64,000 bases of DNA, taken from the NCBI GenBank assembly GCA_965204575.1, contig OZ241993.1, positions 1,241,674 to 1,305,673 of the forward strand, in the 5' to 3' direction. The DNA comes from an uncultured candidatus Porisulfidus sp. (GTDB taxonomy: Bacteria > Pseudomonadota > Gammaproteobacteria > Poriferisulfidales > Poriferisulfidaceae). The position numbers and the translations under genes were made by a program. Positions 27,469 to 36,618 of the stretch are shown here, piece after piece (within the stretch, counting starts at the first letter, position 1; each line of letters begins with the position of its first letter). The notes under the pieces were generated by a model. The model saw only the letters and a program-made list of their open reading frames with translations. It did no database searches and was not told where the DNA came from.

Positions 27469-28368
27469 ATGAGGCTGGTCACCGTCGAATACGAAGGCCG
27501 GACCTGGCTCGGCGTGCAGCAGGAGGACCTGGTCTTCCTGCCGGTTCTGCACGATGCCTCGCTGCCGTCGTCCATGTTGGACTTGATCGAGGGCGGAGAG
27601 GCGGCACTGCAATCCGTACGCGCGGCATTTGAATCCGGGCCGGCCGACGCGTTCGTCCCGGCCGACCAGACCGAACTGCTGGCCCCGATCCCGCGCCCGC
27701 GGCAGAACATCATGTGCATGGGCCTGAACTACGCGGACCATATCGAGGAGGCGGCCGCCTCGCTCGGTCGCGACCAGAGCCTGCCGAAATACCCGATCGT
27801 GTTCACCAAGGCGGTGAACAGCGTCAACGCGCCGTTCGGAGAGATTCCCTACGACTCCCAGGTGTCGGACAAGCTGGACTGGGAGGTCGAACTGGGCGTG
27901 GTCATCGGCCGCGCCGGCCGCGGCATCCCGGAAGCGGAAGCCTACGGCCACGTGTTCGGGTACACCGTGATCAACGACGTCTCGGCGCGCGAATTGCAGC
28001 GCCGCCACAAGCAGTTCTTCATCGGCAAGAGCCTCACCGGTTTCTGCCCGATGGGCCCGTGCATCGTGACGGCCGACGAGATCGAGGATCCGCACGATCT
28101 GGAATTGTGGTGCCGGGTCAACGGCGTGGAGAAACAGCACTCCAACACCCGCTACCAGATCTTCAGCGTCGCGCAGCAGATCGCGGCCTTGTCGCGCGGC
28201 ATGTGGCTGGAGCCGGGAGACATTCTGGCGACGGGGACGCCGAGCGGCGTCGGCTTCGCGCGCACGCCGCCGGAATACCTGCAGCCGGGCGACGTGGTGG
28301 AGTGCGAGGTGGAAGGAATCGGGACGATTCGCAACCGAGTGGTTGGGGCGACCACTGAGAAGGCTTAA
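27469..28368 (+). CDS. Fumarylacetoacetate hydrolase (FAH) family protein
   Basis: NYADHIEE, DWEVELGVVIG, GTPSGVG motifs. 299 aa. Confidence 0.85.
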   Translation: MRLVTVEYEGRTWLGVQQEDLVFLPVLHDASLPSSMLDLIEGGEAALQSVRAAFESGPADAFVPADQTELLAPIPRPRQNIMCMGLNYADHIEEAAASLGRDQSLPKYPIVFTKAVNSVNAPFGEIPYDSQVSDKLDWEVELGVVIGRAGRGIPEAEAYGHVFGYTVINDVSARELQRRHKQFFIGKSLTGFCPMGPCIVTADEIEDPHDLELWCRVNGVEKQHSNTRYQIFSVAQQIAALSRGMWLEPGDILATGTPSGVGFARTPPEYLQPGDVVECEVEGIGTIRNRVVGATTEKA

Positions 28369-28554
28369 TGCCAACGAGTCAAACAGCCCTAAAGTCTTTT
28401 CGGCCCTCCTTGCATAAAAAACCATATATTCCTTGTTTTTCATATGTTTATGATGAGGTGTAATAGCGTATTTGTCGAATAAAATGTTCATTTTTCTGTA
28501 CCGTTGTAGTATAGTTAAAAGACGAATTAATCTTGCAAAAAAACGGGCGGAATC

Positions 28555-29028
28555 GTGGAATATTTGCTGGAAAACCCCTTGATGATTCTTGCGGTTTTAG
28601 CTGTTGGAACCGTTCTTTATAAGACCATAACGTGGATTGCAAACGTTAATTCTGACAGGGAGAAATTCCATGAATTCATGCAAGAAGTTCGTGATGATAT
28701 TAAGAAAATTTTAGGACGTTTACCTTCTGCTTCGATCTCCAATGGCAGCCCCATTCAATTGACGGATTTGGGGAAAGAGATATCAACAAAACTTGGGGCT
28801 CGCGAATGGGCAGAAAAAGCTGCCGCCAAACTCAGTGAGCGCGTCAAGAGCAAGCAACCATATGAAGTTCAGGAAATCAGCTTCAACTACGTCAAAGAAG
28901 AATTCTCTCCGACCAATGAACTAGAAACAAAAATCGGAATGTGTGCCTACGAGAATGGGATTGACAGAGACGGAGTGCTCGATGTTCTGGCGGTCGAATT
29001 ACGGGACATTTTGTTAGGGAAAACTTGA
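28555..29028 (+). CDS. Orphan membrane-anchored hypothetical protein in an AT-rich islet
   Basis: 157 aa (GTG at 28555, or ATG at 28582). One N-terminal TM (LMILAVLAVGTVLYKTITWIA), then a charged soluble domain. Hand count gives about 37% GC inside the ORF versus about 72% in the flanking FAH gene. Confidence 0.5.
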   Translation: MEYLLENPLMILAVLAVGTVLYKTITWIANVNSDREKFHEFMQEVRDDIKKILGRLPSASISNGSPIQLTDLGKEISTKLGAREWAEKAAAKLSERVKSKQPYEVQEISFNYVKEEFSPTNELETKIGMCAYENGIDRDGVLDVLAVELRDILLGKT

Positions 29029-29142
29029 CAACTTTTAGGCTCCGTCAAGTCACCCGCGTTAGGGGATTGTGCTGGAGGATTAGCACCGAGTTTGCTTTAT
29101 GTCCACAATGTGAAGTGCCAAAACCCGTAACAAACTTACAAA

Positions 29143-29889
29143 CTACCAGTAACTTTCGGTCGTAATTTGCCCCGGCGCGCTGCGCCGGTTGCGGGCCATT
29201 CCCATTGTCTTCAGCAGGGCCGAGGTGTCCTGGACCATCTGCGGGTTGCCGCACAGCATGACCTGGGCATGCGCCGGATCGAAATCCATGCCGGCGCGTT
29301 CCGCCAGCCGCCCGTCCTCGATGGCGGCGGGGATGCGCCCGCGCAGGGCGCCGGGGTCGTCTTCCCGACTGACGAACGGCACATAGACAAGCTGTTCCGG
29401 GTGCCGGTCCAGGTACTGCCGGATCGTGTCCCGGTAGGTGAGCTCGCGGGTGTAGCGAACCGCGTGCACCAATGCGACCTTGCGGTGGCGGGCCCAGGGG
29501 CCGGGCGTGCCGAGGATGGACAGGTAGGGGCCCAGGCCGGTCCCGGTGGCCAGCAGCCACAGGTATTCGCTTTCGGGAACCTCGTCCAGCACGAAAAAGC
29601 CGACGCCTTGCGAAGCAACCCAGATCCGGTCGCCGGCCGCCAGGGATTCCAGTCGCGCGGACAGCGGGCCTTCCGGCACGATGATGGAATAGAACTCGAG
29701 GTGCTCGGCGTCCGGGGGATTGACGAAAGAGTAGGGGCGGGCGATCCGCTCCCCGTCGATGTCGAGCGCGAGGCGGCCGAACTGCCCGGCCGTGAACCGG
29801 ACCTCCGGCGCCTTGATGTGCAAGGAGTAAAGCTGGTCGGTCCAGTGCTGGTTCTCGACGACCGTGCCTTCGAGCCACTCGGTTGCCAT
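29143..29889 (-). CDS. fpr: Ferredoxin-NADP+ reductase (bacterial Fpr type)
   Basis: RPYSF FAD motif, LLATGTGLGP, C-terminal ...ESYW. 248 aa. Confidence 0.9.
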   Translation of the reverse strand: MATEWLEGTVVENQHWTDQLYSLHIKAPEVRFTAGQFGRLALDIDGERIARPYSFVNPPDAEHLEFYSIIVPEGPLSARLESLAAGDRIWVASQGVGFFVLDEVPESEYLWLLATGTGLGPYLSILGTPGPWARHRKVALVHAVRYTRELTYRDTIRQYLDRHPEQLVYVPFVSREDDPGALRGRIPAAIEDGRLAERAGMDFDPAHAQVMLCGNPQMVQDTSALLKTMGMARNRRSAPGQITTESYW

Positions 29890-29902
29890 GTCAGCCCCCG
29901 GA

Positions 29903-30214
29903 TCAGCGGCAGATCAGCACGCGGTCCCCGTCCACTCGGACCGGGTAGGTGCGCAAGGGTTCTTCAGCTGGCTCCTCGACGGGTTGCCCGGTGCGGACAT
30001 TGAAGCGGCTGCCGTGCAGGGTGCACTTGACCAGTTCCCCGTCCAGGCAGCCGAGCGACAGGGAGGAGTCTTCATGGGTGCAGGTGTCGTCGCAGGCGTA
30101 CAGGGTCCCGCCGACATTGGCCAGCAGGATGTCGTGTCGTTCATGCTGGATGCGGAGGGTTTGTCCTGGCGGGATTTCCGATACGGTGGCGACCTGTACG
30201 AAGGGGTTTGGCAT
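29903..30214 (-). CDS. Rieske [2Fe-2S] ferredoxin
   Basis: 103 aa from the ATG at 30214. CTHEDSSL ... CTLHGSRF (CxH...CxxH). The rest of the 436-aa track ORF is antisense to ilvA. Confidence 0.8.
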   Translation of the reverse strand: MPNPFVQVATVSEIPPGQTLRIQHERHDILLANVGGTLYACDDTCTHEDSSLSLGCLDGELVKCTLHGSRFNVRTGQPVEEPAEEPLRTYPVRVDGDRVLICR

Positions 30215-30271
30215 AAAATGCTCGTTTGACCCCATAATTATAGCCTTTTCGCCGGGGCAGGGCAGCGTGTC

Positions 30272-31798
30272 ATGGACTATCTGGAACGGATTCAATGGGC
30301 CCGGGTCTACGATGTCGCGGAGCGCACGCCCCTGCAGCGGGCACCGCAGTTGTCGGAACGGCTGGGCTGCGAAGTTTGGCTCAAGCGCGAGGACCAGCAG
30401 CGCACGTTTTCGTTCAAGCTGCGCGGCGCCTACAACAAGATTTCCGGGTTGGACGAACAACAGCGTGCACGCGGCGTGATCGCCGTTTCGGCGGGCAACC
30501 ATGCCCAGGGTGTGGCGCTGGCGGCCTCCAAGCTGAACCTGGATGCCGTGATTGTGATGCCGCGGACCACGCCGCCGATCAAAGTCAATGCCGTGCGTGC
30601 CCTGGGAGGCAACATCGTACTGGAAGGGGATGATTACGATGCGGCGAGCCGGTATGCCCTGGACAAGGCAGAAGCCGAACAGCGGATCTTCGTGCATCCA
30701 TACGACGACCCGGACGTCATCGCGGGGCAGGGGACTATCGCGGTCGAAATCTGCGAGCAATGCGCGACCCTGCCGGACGCGGTGTTCATCCCGGTCGGCG
30801 GCGGTGGATTGCTGGCCGGAATGGGAATTTGGCTGCGCCATGCGGCACCGGACACGCGCGTGGTCGGGGTGGAGCCGGAGGACGCGCCGTCCATGGCGCG
30901 GGCGCTGGAAGCCGATGAACGCGTGTGCCTGAAGCAGGTCGGCCTGTTTGCGGACGGTGCGGCCGTGCGCCAGGTCGGCGAGGAGACGTTCCGGCTGGCG
31001 CGCGGATGCGTGGACGAGGTGATTCTGGTGAGCATCGACGAGATCTGCGCGGCAATCAAGGACATCTTCGAAGAAACCCGGGTCCTGGTGGAGCCGGCGG
31101 GCGCGCTGGCGGTGGCCGGAATCAAGCGCTACGTGCAGTCCCGTGCGACCGCGGGCCAGACGCTGGTCGCGATCAACAGCGGCGCCAACATCAACTTTGA
31201 TCGCCTGCGGCATGTTTCGGAGCGGTCAGAACTCGGCGAAGGCCACGAGGGCATCTTCGCGGTCACGATTCCGGAGCAGCCCGGCAGTTTCCGCAGGTTC
31301 TGCGAGGCTGTGGGCGACCACAGCATCAGCGAATTCAACTACCGCTATGCGGATTCCCGCGACGCTCAGATTTTCGTCGGGATCAAGTTTCGTGACGCGG
31401 GAGCCGAGAAGCCGGACTGGGTGGCGCACCTGCAGGAATGCGGCTACAGCGTGCAGGACCTGAGCGACAACGAAACGGCCAAGTTGCACCTGCGCTACTT
31501 GGTGGGTGGACACACCAGCAGCGACCAGCGCGAGATTCTGTACCGGTTCGAGTTCCCGGAACGGCCCGGAGCGCTGTTGGACTTTTTGTCCAGCATGGGG
31601 CAAAACTGGAACATCAGCCTGTTCCACTACCGGAATCACGGTTCCGCTTACGGCCGGGTGCTGGTGGGCATGCAGGTTCCGGAGGACGAGATGGATGCCT
31701 TGCGTTCATTCCTCGAGACACTGGGGTACCAGTACTACGAGGAGACGGGAAATGCCGCCTGCCGGACTTTTCTGGGACAGATGGAACACGGCGCCTGA
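30272..31798 (+). CDS. ilvA: Threonine ammonia-lyase, biosynthetic
   Basis: PLP-lysine motif FSFKLRGAYN. 508 aa with a duplicated C-terminal regulatory domain. Confidence 0.95.
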   Translation: MDYLERIQWARVYDVAERTPLQRAPQLSERLGCEVWLKREDQQRTFSFKLRGAYNKISGLDEQQRARGVIAVSAGNHAQGVALAASKLNLDAVIVMPRTTPPIKVNAVRALGGNIVLEGDDYDAASRYALDKAEAEQRIFVHPYDDPDVIAGQGTIAVEICEQCATLPDAVFIPVGGGGLLAGMGIWLRHAAPDTRVVGVEPEDAPSMARALEADERVCLKQVGLFADGAAVRQVGEETFRLARGCVDEVILVSIDEICAAIKDIFEETRVLVEPAGALAVAGIKRYVQSRATAGQTLVAINSGANINFDRLRHVSERSELGEGHEGIFAVTIPEQPGSFRRFCEAVGDHSISEFNYRYADSRDAQIFVGIKFRDAGAEKPDWVAHLQECGYSVQDLSDNETAKLHLRYLVGGHTSSDQREILYRFEFPERPGALLDFLSSMGQNWNISLFHYRNHGSAYGRVLVGMQVPEDEMDALRSFLETLGYQYYEETGNAACRTFLGQMEHGA

Positions 31799-31846
31799 GA
31801 AGACGCACGACAAGGAGATGGGTGGACTAAGCCCGTAGGAGTGAGG

Positions 31847-31870
31847 GCCGAACCACCGAAGCGGTTCGGC
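31847..31870. terminator. Hairpin between convergent ilvA and the H1-like gene
   Basis: gccgaacc-accgaagc-ggttcggc: 8-bp perfect stem with an 8-nt loop. Confidence 0.4.
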
Positions 31871-31879
31871 TCACCCTGC

Positions 31880-32401
31880 TTATCTTTTCCTTCTTGCCGT
31901 CTTCCGCTTGGCAACCTTCTTTTTTGCTGCCTTGCGTTTCACGGCTTTCTTCTTCGCCGTCCTGCGCGGTGCCGCTTTCTTCTTGGCGGCCTTTTTCCTT
32001 GCCGTCTTCCGCTTCACGGCCTTTTTCTTGGCAACTTTTTTCTTTGCCGTCTTACGCTTGGCCACTTTCTTTTTTGCCGCCTTGCGTTTCACGGCTTTCT
32101 TCTTTGCCGTCCTGCGCGGTGCCGCCTTCTTCTTGGCGGCCTTGCGCTTGACGACCTTTTTCTTCGCGGTCTTCCGCTTCACGGCCTTTTTCTTGGCAAC
32201 TTTTTTCTTCACTGTCTTACGCTTGGCTATTTTCTTTTTTGCCGCCTTGCGTTTCACGACTTTCTTCTTCGCGGTTTTCTTTTTCGCTGTCTTCGCTGGT
32301 GCTTTCTTCTTTGCTACTTTCCGTTTGGGAGCAGGTTTCGCCGCACGGGCCTTTTTCTTGGCCGTGCTGCGTTTTTTACTCGTTCTTCGTTTGACAGCCA
32401 C
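31880..32401 (-). CDS. Histone H1-like Lys/Ala-rich nucleoid-associated protein
   Basis: 173 aa, almost entirely K/A/R/V: ...AAPRRTAKKKAVKRKAAKKKVAKRKTAKKKVAKKKAVKRKTA... Internally repeated at protein and DNA level. Confidence 0.75.
   Translation of the reverse strand: MAVKRRTSKKRSTAKKKARAAKPAPKRKVAKKKAPAKTAKKKTAKKKVVKRKAAKKKIAKRKTVKKKVAKKKAVKRKTAKKKVVKRKAAKKKAAPRRTAKKKAVKRKAAKKKVAKRKTAKKKVAKKKAVKRKTARKKAAKKKAAPRRTAKKKAVKRKAAKKKVAKRKTARRKR
31930..32330. repeat. Coding tandem repeat (period about 144 bp) within the H1-like gene
   Basis: The block gccgtcctgcgcggtgccgc(t/c)ttcttcttggcggcc...cttcacggcctttttcttggcaactttttt recurs nearly verbatim about 144 nt apart. Limits approximate. Confidence 0.6.
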
Positions 32402-32571
32402 GTGGTCCTCCAGGTTGTTTTATGACAGGTACAAAGGAAACGCTGAAGTGCCGGCTGTCACAGAGGACAACATCGGTTTGCCGCTCCAGCGCGTTTCGTG
32501 ACACAAACCGGCTTTTGGGCTCAATCGCCGTTTTGCGCAAAACGGTGCTTACGCACCGAGAAGAATGTTCG

Positions 32572-32776
32572 GAAGGAAAGGCAGTGCACTCCGCCTGCCG
32601 TGAACCAGGACGTGACCCTGAACCGAAAGTTCAAGTGGGTCCCTGGGAAATGCCGCAGGCTTCCCGGACGAAAACGCCGGTAGTGCACAAAAGCATTTGC
32701 GCGCCGGGTCCCGGTCAGTTGGAATAGGTTCACGGGTGTGCCTGGTGAAGCAGGCGGAGGCACCGACTTCCAAAGA
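32572..32776 (-). ncRNA. ssrS: 6S RNA
   Basis: Immediately downstream of zapA, as in E. coli and Pseudomonas. Long-range closing stem: minus-strand GGUGCCUCCGCCUGCUUCACCAGG pairs with CCUGGUUCACGGCAGGCGGAGUGCAC about 150 nt away. Internal CGUCCGGGAAGCCUG and CACUUGAACUUUCGGUUCAGGGU resemble E. coli GUCCGAGAAGCCUU and CACCUUGAACCAAGGGUUCAAGGGU. Ends approximate. Confidence 0.65.
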
Positions 32777-32795
32777 TTCGTGAGGGTTGTCGCCG

Positions 32796-33104
32796 TCATG
32801 TCAGGTTCGCCTCTTCGACCTGGTCCAGCGCTGCCTGGACCCGTGCCGACAGCGCATCGATGCGTTCGAGCAGGTGATCCGGCGTTTCCTTTGACAGCCG
32901 CAGGTATTCATGGCTCAGGTTCAGCGCTGTGACGACCGCCACGCGATCTATGCCGGCGGTGGCATCGACGTCGTGGACTTTCCGCACCTGGGCCTTCAGG
33001 AACCTGATGGCCTCGTCGAGGGATTTGCGCTGGTCGGGCGGACAGCCGACTTCGTAGGTCTTCCTGAGAAGACGGAAGCCGACCTGTTCGGATTCTGCGC
33101 TCAT
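32796..33104 (-). CDS. zapA: Cell division protein ZapA
   Basis: 102 aa from the ATG at 33104. RLLRKTYEVGCPPDQRKSLDEAIRFLKAQV...VVTALNLSHEYL. Confidence 0.8.
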   Translation of the reverse strand: MSAESEQVGFRLLRKTYEVGCPPDQRKSLDEAIRFLKAQVRKVHDVDATAGIDRVAVVTALNLSHEYLRLSKETPDHLLERIDALSARVQAALDQVEEANLT

Positions 33105-33328
33105 TGGAGTCTGCTGTACGGCTTGAGTTGCGCCAGCACCTGCTCGACGGCGGTATGGGCCTGGCGGTTCTTGCGGCGCCAGTCGCGCTGCTGTTCCTGC
33201 ATCTGGTCGCAACGTTTGACCAGAACCTGATTGGCGTTGACCAGACGCTCGCACAGCGTGGTCAATGTGTCGACCTGTTGCTCAAGCGTGGTGAGCGCGG
33301 CTTCGACCGAAGGCTTGTTCAAGTCCAC
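33101..33328 (-). CDS. Small coiled-coil protein upstream of zapA (ZapB-like / TIGR02449-like)
   Basis: 75 aa with heptad-rich sequence. ATGA overlap with zapA. Confidence 0.6.
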   Translation of the reverse strand: MDLNKPSVEAALTTLEQQVDTLTTLCERLVNANQVLVKRCDQMQEQQRDWRRKNRQAHTAVEQVLAQLKPYSRLQ

Positions 33329-33475
33329 AATTTAAGCGGGTTCTCTTCGACTTTTACGAGTATATCAAAAATCCGGCACGCCTTCCCCGCATGCTTGTGG
33401 GGGTCTTGCAACAGGGGGAAAGGCCTTGCGATGGCCGGTGCGCCCGGCCCGAAGGTCAGGCGTGGGACGGTCGTC

Positions 33476-33982
33476 TTACCCTTGCAATGCAGCCAGCGCT
33501 TCCGCGTAATCCGGTTCGTCTCCGATTTCGGGTACCAGTTCGGTGTACAGGACCTTGTTGTTGCTGTCCAGCACCACGACGGCGCGGGCGGTAATCCCGG
33601 CCAGGGGACCGTCGGCAATCAGCACGCCGTAGTCGCGTGCGAAGTCCCGGTTGCGCATCATCGACAGGGAGATCAGGCGGTCGGCGCCCTGATCGGCGCA
33701 GAAGCGGGTCATGGCGAAAGGCAGGTCGGACGAAACCACCAAGACCACCGACTTGTCGTCGAGTTTCTGGGCCTCTTGGTTGAACTGGACGGAAGACTTT
33801 GCACAGACCGGGGTGTCGATACTGGGCAGGATTGAGATCAGTTTGCGGGCATCGCCGAACGTGCCGAGGGTGGCGACGTTGAGGTCTCGGTCGACCAACT
33901 CGAAATCCGGCGCGGTGCTGCCGATCTCCGGCAGGGTTCCTTCCAGGTTGATTTCGTTGCCGTGCAGGGTGACGGTCACCAT
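33476..33982 (-). CDS. tpx: Thiol peroxidase
   Basis: 168 aa from the ATG at 33982. Peroxidatic Cys motif PSIDTPVCA, resolving Cys in FAMTRFCADQG. Confidence 0.9.
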   Translation of the reverse strand: MVTVTLHGNEINLEGTLPEIGSTAPDFELVDRDLNVATLGTFGDARKLISILPSIDTPVCAKSSVQFNQEAQKLDDKSVVLVVSSDLPFAMTRFCADQGADRLISLSMMRNRDFARDYGVLIADGPLAGITARAVVVLDSNNKVLYTELVPEIGDEPDYAEALAALQG

Positions 33983-34073
33983 GAATTTCTCCTTGGGGGG
34001 TTTTGAGCCGCTGATTCTACCCGTTTTTGGGCTCATTGTAGAATGAGGCGCAAATTCATGCGGGACGAATCGG

Positions 34074-35273
34074 TTGAGCCGACACAGCCTTTTTACCTCC
34101 GAAGCCGTTTCCCGGGGACACCCGGACAAAGTGTGCGATCAGATCTCGGATGCGGTGCTGGATGAGGCGCTGGCGCGGGATATCCATGCACGGGTTGCCG
34201 TGGAAACCCTGGTCAAGGATCAACACGTAATCCTGGCCGGCGAGCTGTCGCTGGCCCCGGGCAAAGAGCTTAAAAAGCCCGACTACGAGCAGATTGCCCG
34301 ATCCGTCATCAAGGACATTGGTTACACCAAGGCGCTGGGGGTCGGGTTTGATTCGACCGATTGCCAGGTGACCAACCACATCGGCATGCAGTCCCTGGAT
34401 ATCGGCAGGGGGGTCAGCAAAAAAAGGCAGGGCGCTGGAGACCAGGGCATCATCTTCGGTTTCGCGTGCGATGAAACCAGGACCCGGATGCCGGCCCCGA
34501 TCCACTACGCGCATGAACTGATGCGCAAGCATGAGCGGGTCCGCAAGACGAAAGAGGGAAAAGACATATTGCGCCCGGACGCGAAAAGCCAGGTCACGTT
34601 CCGCTACGATGAAGAGGGGCACCCGGTCGCGGTCAGGACGGTGGTGCTGTCCACCCAGCACAGCAAAGACATCTCGCAAAAGAACCTGCGGGAATTCGTG
34701 CGCGAGACGATCATCCATCCGGTCATTCCGGAAAAAATGCGCGCGGGGAGATTCAAGGTCCTGATCAACCCGACCGGACGGTTCGTCACCGGGGGGCCGG
34801 TCGGCGACTGCGGCGTCACCGGACGCAAGATCATCGTCGACACCTATGGCGGCATGGCTCGCCACGGCGGCGGGGCATTCTCCGGCAAGGACCCGTCCAA
34901 GGTGGACCGCTCGGCCGCTTACGCGGCGCGCTACGTGGCCCGGCATGTGGTCGGCAGCGGGCTCGCCCGGCGCTGCGAGGTGCAACTGGCTTATGCGATC
35001 GGATGGCCCGAGCCGGTGTCGGTCCGGGCCGACACGTTCGGCACGGGCACGGTTTCCGAACGGCGGCTGGATGAAGTCTTGATGGAGGGCAAGATCTTCG
35101 ACCTGTCGCCGGGCGGCATTATCAAAATGCTCGGTCTGCTGGACAAGGGGCGCGGTTTTCGTTATCGGGATACGGCGAAGCACGGACACTTCGGGGACCC
35201 GAGAAAGGCATTTCCGTGGGAAAATGAGGAGCCGAAACGGCTGGATCAGCTGCGAAACGCGCTGGGAGTATAG
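34074..35273 (+). CDS. metK: S-adenosylmethionine synthase
   Basis: [35 protein letters not shown]. Apparent TTG start, with no in-frame ATG upstream. Confidence 0.95.
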   Translation: MSRHSLFTSEAVSRGHPDKVCDQISDAVLDEALARDIHARVAVETLVKDQHVILAGELSLAPGKELKKPDYEQIARSVIKDIGYTKALGVGFDSTDCQVTNHIGMQSLDIGRGVSKKRQGAGDQGIIFGFACDETRTRMPAPIHYAHELMRKHERVRKTKEGKDILRPDAKSQVTFRYDEEGHPVAVRTVVLSTQHSKDISQKNLREFVRETIIHPVIPEKMRAGRFKVLINPTGRFVTGGPVGDCGVTGRKIIVDTYGGMARHGGGAFSGKDPSKVDRSAAYAARYVARHVVGSGLARRCEVQLAYAIGWPEPVSVRADTFGTGTVSERRLDEVLMEGKIFDLSPGGIIKMLGLLDKGRGFRYRDTAKHGHFGDPRKAFPWENEEPKRLDQLRNALGV

Positions 35274-35280
35274 TTAAATC

Positions 35281-36591
35281 ATGACCGAGCCCGCCACTCA
35301 GCTCCGCCCGGATCACCAGGTCGCCGACTTGGGGTTGGCCGCCTGGGGCCACAAGGAGATCACGATCGCCCGCACCGAAATGCCCGGGTTGACCGCGCTG
35401 TGCGACAAACACAAGGGCAAGCAGCCGCTGGCGGGCGCCCGTATTGCGGGCTGCCTGCACATGACGATCCAGACCGCCGTGCTGATCGAGACCCTCGTGG
35501 CGCTCGGCGCCGAAGTGCGCTGGTCGTCCTGCAACATCTACTCGACCCAGGATCATGCCGCGGCCGCGGTCGCCGACCGGGGCATTCCGGTGTTCGCCTG
35601 GAAGGGGGAGACCGAGGAAGAATACGAGGAATGCATCCGCCGGACCATCGAGGGCCCGGACGGCTGGACCCCGAACCTGCTGCTGGACGACGGGGGCGAC
35701 CTGACGCGCATGATGCACGACGAATACCCGCAACTGCTCGAACAGGTGCGCGGGATCTCCGAAGAGACGACCACCGGCGTCAACCGCTTGTACACCATGT
35801 ACGAGAAAGGGGAACTGAAGGTGCCGGCGATCAACGTGAACGACTCGGTCACCAAATCCAAGTTCGACAACACCTACGGTTGCCGCGAGTCCCTCCTCGA
35901 CGGCCTCAAGCGGGCGACCGACGTGATGATCGCGGGCAAGGTCTGCGTGGTCGCGGGGTACGGCGGGGTCGGAAAGGGCTGCGCCCAATCGCTGCGGGCG
36001 CAGGGCGCGATCGTATGGATCACGGAAGTGGACCCGATCTGTGCGCTGCAGGCGGCGATGGAAGGCCTGCCGGTGGTGACCATGGAGGAGGCTGCGCCGA
36101 AGGCCGACATCTTCGTCACCGCGACCGGCTGTCACCATGTGATCACCTTCGAGCACATGTGGCAGATGAAGAACGAGGCGATCGTCTGCAACATCGGGCA
36201 CTTCGACAACGAGATCGATATCGCATCGCTGGACAATTACGCCTGGGAAGAGATCAAGCCGCAGGTCGACCACGTGACGTTCCCCGACGGCAAGCGCCTG
36301 ATCGTGCTGGCCAAGGGGCGGCTGGTCAACCTGGGTTGCGCCACCGGGCATCCCAGTTTCGTGATGTCCTGCTCGTTCGCCAACCAGATACTGGCCCAGA
36401 TCGAACTGTGGCAGCGTCCGGACGACTACGAACTCGGCGTGCATACCCTGCCGAAGGACAAGGACGAAGAGGTGGCGCGCCTGCACCTGGACAAGCTGGG
36501 CGCCCGGCTGACCGCCCTGACGCCGGAACAGGCGGAATACCTGGGCGTCGGCGTGGACGGGCCCTACAAGCCGGAGCACTACCGCTACTGA
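35281..36591 (+). CDS. ahcY: Adenosylhomocysteinase
   Basis: NAD-binding [14 protein letters not shown]-terminal ...PYKPEHYRY. 436 aa. Confidence 0.95.
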   Translation: MTEPATQLRPDHQVADLGLAAWGHKEITIARTEMPGLTALCDKHKGKQPLAGARIAGCLHMTIQTAVLIETLVALGAEVRWSSCNIYSTQDHAAAAVADRGIPVFAWKGETEEEYEECIRRTIEGPDGWTPNLLLDDGGDLTRMMHDEYPQLLEQVRGISEETTTGVNRLYTMYEKGELKVPAINVNDSVTKSKFDNTYGCRESLLDGLKRATDVMIAGKVCVVAGYGGVGKGCAQSLRAQGAIVWITEVDPICALQAAMEGLPVVTMEEAAPKADIFVTATGCHHVITFEHMWQMKNEAIVCNIGHFDNEIDIASLDNYAWEEIKPQVDHVTFPDGKRLIVLAKGRLVNLGCATGHPSFVMSCSFANQILAQIELWQRPDDYELGVHTLPKDKDEEVARLHLDKLGARLTALTPEQAEYLGVGVDGPYKPEHYRY

Positions 36592-36618
36592 TGGCACGCA
36601 AGGCGTCGGGCCCGGTTC

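Noticed and set aside
29903-31213. 436-aa minus-strand ORF
   Set aside because: Only the last 103 aa (Rieske ferredoxin, ATG at 30214) are credible. The remainder is antisense to ilvA.
31880-32501. Regularly spaced repeats that could be mistaken for a CRISPR array or satellite
   Set aside because: The repeats are contiguous with no unique spacers. They lie entirely within one open frame encoding a Lys/Ala-rich protein, and no cas genes are in the window.
33983-34073. Possible SAM or SAH riboswitch upstream of metK-ahcY
   Set aside because: Only about 90 nt is shared with the divergent tpx promoter. I could not find the conserved SAH-riboswitch pairing (GAGGAGCGC...GGCGCUC) or a SAM-II-like pseudoknot by eye. 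A cmsearch would be needed to exclude it fully.
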